A stretch of DNA of 64,000 bases, taken from Nanobdellota archaeon (GTDB lineage Archaea; Nanobdellota; Nanobdellia; Parvarchaeales; Parvarchaeaceae). Where the stretch lies: positions 69,400 through 133,399 of the forward strand of contig JAJZNK010000025.1 in NCBI GenBank assembly GCA_021811735.1, read 5' to 3'. Under the pieces are notes generated by a model, which worked only from the letters and a program-made list of their open reading frames with translations, had not been told where the DNA came from and made no database searches. Made by a program: the position numbers and the translations under genes. Of this stretch, positions 60,117-64,000 are shown in pieces (within the stretch, counting starts at the first letter, position 1; every line of letters starts with the position of its first letter).

Positions 60117-61127
60117 ATGAAACTGCCATTGGAAGGTTTAAAGCAGGAAGTTTTCTCTATAAGGTCAGAGGAAACCGACACAAAATACGGCAGATTTCCG
60201 AAAGAAAGAAGCATAGAAGAGAGAATGAATTACGGTTTTATTCTGTTGGACAAACCAGCAGGTATAAGATCAAAGACGGCTGCGCATATAGCAAAAAAGG
60301 TTATGGACAGTTTTGCGGTAAAAAAGATAGGATACTCAGGGACTTTAGAAGATTGAAGAAATCCCAACGTAACCGGTCTTCTACCACTCGCCATAAACAA
60401 TGCTACCAAGGCGCTTTCGGTGCTTCTTTTCGGCGGAAAGGAATATGTGGCTCTCATGCACCTGCACAACGAAGTAGGGGAGCAATTACTTAGGGATACG
60501 TTCAATAAATTTATAGGTAAGATTATGCAGCTTCCTCCCGTTAGATCACATGTAAAACGTCAGTATCGACAGAGAGAAATATATTATTCCGAAATACTCG
60601 AAATAGAAGGAAAGGACGTGCTCTTTAAGGTTGGAGTGGAATCTGGTACATATATACGAAAGTTAATACATGATATTGGGCAAGATTTGGGGGTTGGTGC
60701 TCATATGACAGAACTGAGAAGGACTAAAGTTTCGACTCTTTCTGAAAAGGACAGCATGGTTACTTTGCAAGATTTGGATGATGCAGTTTATTTGTACAGG
60801 AATGATGGAGATAAAAGGCTACTAGAGAAATGCCTTGGTAACATAGAATCTGCCATAGATTTCCTCCCAAAAATATTTGTTTCGGATGGAGCCGTAGATC
60901 CTGTATGTCATGGATCACCTCTTGCAATTCCTGGCGTTGTAAAGCTTACAGAATTCCAAAAAGATGAAACCGCTGCAATAATGTCTTTAAAAGGGGAGCT
61001 AATAGCCTTAGGGAAAACTGTTCTGTCATCCGATGAGATTAAATCATTTAAAAAAGGTGTGGCTGTAAAGACTGATAGTGTTATAATGAACACAGGAACT
61101 TACCCAACATATAAAAAGATTAATTAG
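60117..61127 (+). CDS. cbf5: Pseudouridine synthase Cbf5, split: exon 1 60117-60348, exon 2 60361-61127
   Basis: LDKP, spliced GYSGTLDPNVTG, KEY, QLPP, GTYIRKL, ELRRT, PUA domain. Confidence 0.93.
60349..60360 (+). other. Predicted 12-nt archaeal BHB/BHL-type mRNA intron in cbf5
   Basis: GGGA/TCCC outer stem, CTTT/GAAG 4-bp central helix, AGA and AAA 3-nt bulges; removal gives TTA G|AT CCC. Confidence 0.82.
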
Positions 61128-61172
61128 TATCAGAGAGGTAATATAGTAATTATAAAACTAGTTTTATCATGC

Positions 61173-61246
61173 GGGGTGGTGATCTAGCTTGGTATGATGC
61201 TAGCTTCGGGGGTTAGTTGACCTGGGTTCAAATCCCAGCCACCCCA
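61173..61246 (+). tRNA. tRNA-Pro(CGG)
   Basis: GGGGTGG/CCACCCC acceptor; CTAGC-TT CGG GG-GTTAG. Confidence 0.93.
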
Positions 61247-61270
61247 ATTTTGTCTCAGAACCAACACGAC

Positions 61271-62428
61271 TTAACCTCTTAGAAATGTCGTCGCTATTAT
61301 CGAGATAATTATTGTAGAAAGTATTGCTACTGAGTAGGCTAAGCTAGTTATTACTCCTGTGCTTAATGCCACAGTTGCTATTGCTATTCCAACTGCTCCC
61401 CTACCATTTAGTATCGCACTTACTTTTATTCTCCAGTTTTTCTTCTTTGTTTTCATTATAATTTTTGAAAAATAGAAGTTTATAATTAGGGAAAAAGAAA
61501 TTACTAAAATAGAAATTATTACTATTGGAATTATAAAATTTTGAATGGAATGAAAACTAGAGACAGCAATTCCAGCTACGCCGAAAAACATCGGTATAAA
61601 AAATCCGTCATTCATTCTTCTTAATGTTTTCTTGATTTTTCCAAATAGATTTCTTCCTATAAGCCCCTCATGTATTATGAGTCCTGCGAAGAATACTCCT
61701 ATTATATAGTTTATTCCTATGAATTCTGAGACAGCCCCCATAAGTAAACCAATTACAATTATCATAGCATATCCAAAGTGTTCGCTTTTGAGAATCTGTC
61801 CAGATCTCTTAAGATGCATTCTAAGACTGTGTTTTCCTTTATTAAGTATCTTGTCTACGTTCATGAATATCACCAAGAAAGTTACGAAGTATACAATCAC
61901 TAGTATCGCATTTAGTGTGGTTTTGTAAGATATACCCAATAAAAGGAAAGCAAGTACATCAGTTATAATCACCGAAGCCACTATAGTTATACCCCTTGGA
62001 TCTCTTTCAAGCCTATATCTCATAACAAGCACAGAAATTATTGATATAGACGGTACTGCTATTGACAGTGAAATTATAAAATCTGCTTGTAGTCCAAATC
62101 TGAGCAAAAACATAGAGGAAACTGATGCTAGTATAAGCGGCATGATAAAACTAGTCATCGTCATTTTTATTCCAGGTTTAAGGTATTTCACAACGGATTC
62201 AGTTTTCATTTCTATTCCCAGAAGGAATATTATAAAGAAAAGTGAAATAGATGAAATCGTCTGTAGTCCGTTGCTTTCCTGAATCATGTTAAGAAAGAAA
62301 GGTCCTGTTATGAGTCCTGCCATAAGGTAACCTACGACCGATGGAAATCTCAGTTGTTCAAATATCTCCCCCATTATTATGGATACCGAGAGAATTATGA
62401 GTATCTGTATTATTATATTTAATGCCAT
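61271..62428 (-). CDS. Cation:proton antiporter (CPA2/Kef-type)
   Basis: PSVVGYLMAGLITGP, LFFIIFLLGIE, FFIPMFF, GRG. Confidence 0.88.
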   Translation of the reverse strand: MALNIIIQILIILSVSIIMGEIFEQLRFPSVVGYLMAGLITGPFFLNMIQESNGLQTISSISLFFIIFLLGIEMKTESVVKYLKPGIKMTMTSFIMPLILASVSSMFLLRFGLQADFIISLSIAVPSISIISVLVMRYRLERDPRGITIVASVIITDVLAFLLLGISYKTTLNAILVIVYFVTFLVIFMNVDKILNKGKHSLRMHLKRSGQILKSEHFGYAMIIVIGLLMGAVSEFIGINYIIGVFFAGLIIHEGLIGRNLFGKIKKTLRRMNDGFFIPMFFGVAGIAVSSFHSIQNFIIPIVIISILVISFSLIINFYFSKIIMKTKKKNWRIKVSAILNGRGAVGIAIATVALSTGVITSLAYSVAILSTIIISIIATTFLRG

Positions 62429-62529
62429 TTTTTTGCTTATATTAATTATATTATAAATACTTGCGGTTAATAAAGATGATACAGATACTGAGAAGTCTTT
62501 TTATTTGAAAGTTAACTCTAAACTATAAT

Positions 62530-62612
62530 GCAGAGGTAGCGAAGCGGTCAAACGTGTAAGGCTAAGGACCTTATGGCTCAGGCCTTCGAGGGTTCAAATC
62601 CCTCCCTCTGCA
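62530..62612 (+). tRNA. tRNA-Leu(AAG)
   Basis: Paralog of tRNA-Leu(TAG); TAAGG-CT AAG GA-CCTTA; anticodon 62564-62566. Confidence 0.9.
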
Positions 62613-62715
62613 GTTTTATTGCTATTCTATTAAAGCAATAGACCCTATACAGAACCGGCAAAGTAATGTTTGAATACAAAAGTATAAATACTAAGCAAAT
62701 TTATAGAATAGAATT

Positions 62716-63009
62716 ATGTCGATAACCGGTAATGGTCTTCACAAGCGTTCTAGGAAGCGCTTAAGACTTGATGTAAGTGAAAGAGGGAAGATTGATATAA
62801 AAAAGGCCCTTCAGTTGTTTGAGGTTGGAGACAAGGTTGTAGTTGATCCGGATTCAAGGGTGCAGAAAAATCTACCTCAGAGAAGTTTTTTTGGTTCGGT
62901 TGGAGTAGTGTTGCAAAAAAAGGGGAAGGCATATACTGTCGAAGTAAAACAACAGGGTAAAAGTCCTAAAAAAATAGACCTACTACCCGTTCACATGAAG
63001 AGGCTATAA
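62716..63009 (+). CDS. rpl21e: 50S ribosomal protein L21e
   Basis: FEVGDKV, P..F.G..G.V, PVHMKR. Confidence 0.92.
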   Translation: MSITGNGLHKRSRKRLRLDVSERGKIDIKKALQLFEVGDKVVVDPDSRVQKNLPQRSFFGSVGVVLQKKGKAYTVEVKQQGKSPKKIDLLPVHMKRL

Positions 63010-63013
63010 ACAA

Positions 63014-63337
63014 ATGGAATATGAAGTTATAGACGAGAAGTTTTTGAATGAAACGGAAGTAAGGGATAATTATGCTGATTTTATAGATAATGGGATTGAG
63101 CATGGCAAAAAACTGCTAGAGCATATACAAAAGAATGTAAAAATAGATAATTTCGAGAAAACTTTTGAGGAGTTGTCCGCATTAAATCTTAATATAAGGG
63201 ATGACTATTTGAGAATGATAATTGATGTTTCACCGTCTTCCACTGACCAAGTTAGGGCAATAATAGCACCTTTGAAATTGAACATAAAAGAAGAAGACTT
63301 AAAATCGATAGTTTCTGTGCTAAAAAAGCATTTATAA
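63014..63337 (+). CDS. rpoF: RNA polymerase subunit Rpo4 (RpoF)
   Basis: Size, IIDVSP...VRAI HRDC-like motif, conserved rpl21e-rpoF-DUF655 order. Confidence 0.8.
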   Translation: MEYEVIDEKFLNETEVRDNYADFIDNGIEHGKKLLEHIQKNVKIDNFEKTFEELSALNLNIRDDYLRMIIDVSPSSTDQVRAIIAPLKLNIKEEDLKSIVSVLKKHL

Positions 63338-63359
63338 CTCTGGAGCAATCCTTTATAAT

Positions 63360-63890
63360 ATGGGAAAAGATGAATACGCATATGTTTTAGAGTACCTTCC
63401 TTTTGGATTGTCGGATTCAAAGGATAGAAAGGCTGCAGCAGTAATACTAACTGATTCTCTAGGTCTCTTATTAGTAGCACTTAAAAAAGATGTAAAAGTT
63501 GAAGTTGGATTAAAGGTTTACATTGGCGAAAACAAGAGAGAAGAAGTTCACCACATAATCCAGAGAATAACTCCTGACAAGTTGAGTGGTAATGGGATGA
63601 TTTCATTGAGTGAGAGGATATCAGTTATAGTTGGAGAGAACGAGGAAAAATATATCGATATAATAAACAAGCTAGGCTCAATAAACGTACGTCTTCATTC
63701 TCTTAGCCTTATCCCTGGTGTCGGAAAGAAAATGGTCCAAAAAATCTTGGAAGAGCGAAATAAGGGCCCATTTAAGTCATATTCTGATTTTGACAGCAGA
63801 GTAGGGTTTACCTCTGGAATATCTAAAAGCATAGAGGATAGGATAGAGGAAGAGCTTGCAGGAAGTGACAAGTATAGGATATTTACTTAA
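63360..63890 (+). CDS. DUF655 putative RNA-binding protein
   Basis: AYVLEYLP, RLHSLxLIPGVGKK, PFKSYxD. Confidence 0.9.
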   Translation: MGKDEYAYVLEYLPFGLSDSKDRKAAAVILTDSLGLLLVALKKDVKVEVGLKVYIGENKREEVHHIIQRITPDKLSGNGMISLSERISVIVGENEEKYIDIINKLGSINVRLHSLSLIPGVGKKMVQKILEERNKGPFKSYSDFDSRVGFTSGISKSIEDRIEEELAGSDKYRIFT

Positions 63891-63891
63891 A

Positions 63892-64000
63892 GGGGTTGTA
63901 GTCTAACCAGGCAGAATCAGCGGCTCCAGCTTGACTGGAAAAATGACGTTAAGGATGATTAAGAAGAAACCGCTTGATCCAGGTTCAAATCCTGGCAACC
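63892..64000 (+). tRNA. tRNA-Trp(CCA) with 39-nt intron (63930-63968); 3' end cut by the window
   Basis: AGCGG/CCGCT anticodon stem, CCA at 63926-63928, CCAGG TTCAAAT CCTGG T-arm. Confidence 0.9.

Noticed and set aside
60354-60356. UGA readthrough/selenocysteine or simple pseudogene explanation for cbf5
   Set aside because: Readthrough would leave four extra residues in the catalytic TLDP motif; the rest of the gene is intact and the insert fits splice geometry exactly

Overview
Gene-dense, AT-rich archaeal chromosome segment. The divergent housekeeping genes, intron-bearing tRNAs and tRNA-Ile(UAU) point to a reduced DPANN archaeon, possibly Parvarchaeota/ARMAN-like (inference, not a database match). 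Most of it is core machinery: thermosome, TrpRS/LysRS/ValRS/PheRS/SerRS, r-proteins, Hel308, PCNA, TFE, RNase J, AglB, Cbf5 and 8 tRNAs. Main signals: (1) cbf5 is split by a 12-nt in-frame, stop-containing insert that folds as a bulge-helix-bulge/loop splice motif; cutting at the canonical sites rebuilds the catalytic Asp codon, so it is a candidate ultra-short mRNA intron. (2) A ~3-kb IS5/IS903-like cargo transposon (17-bp TIRs, 9-bp TSD, repeated subterminal sites) carries DUF3800 with a downstream structured RNA, plus HNH and Vsr remnants. (3) Unusual decoding tRNAs: Leu(AAG, A34) and Ile(UAU). (4) A 39-nt tRNA-Trp intron that looks like a minimal C/D guide for C34. (5) A divergent SelO-like protein, a shared C-terminal KLRxxGYM tag on two neighbouring proteins, and a long hairpin leader before an unannotated Zn-ribbon gene. 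All calls come from manual motif reading; no searches were run.
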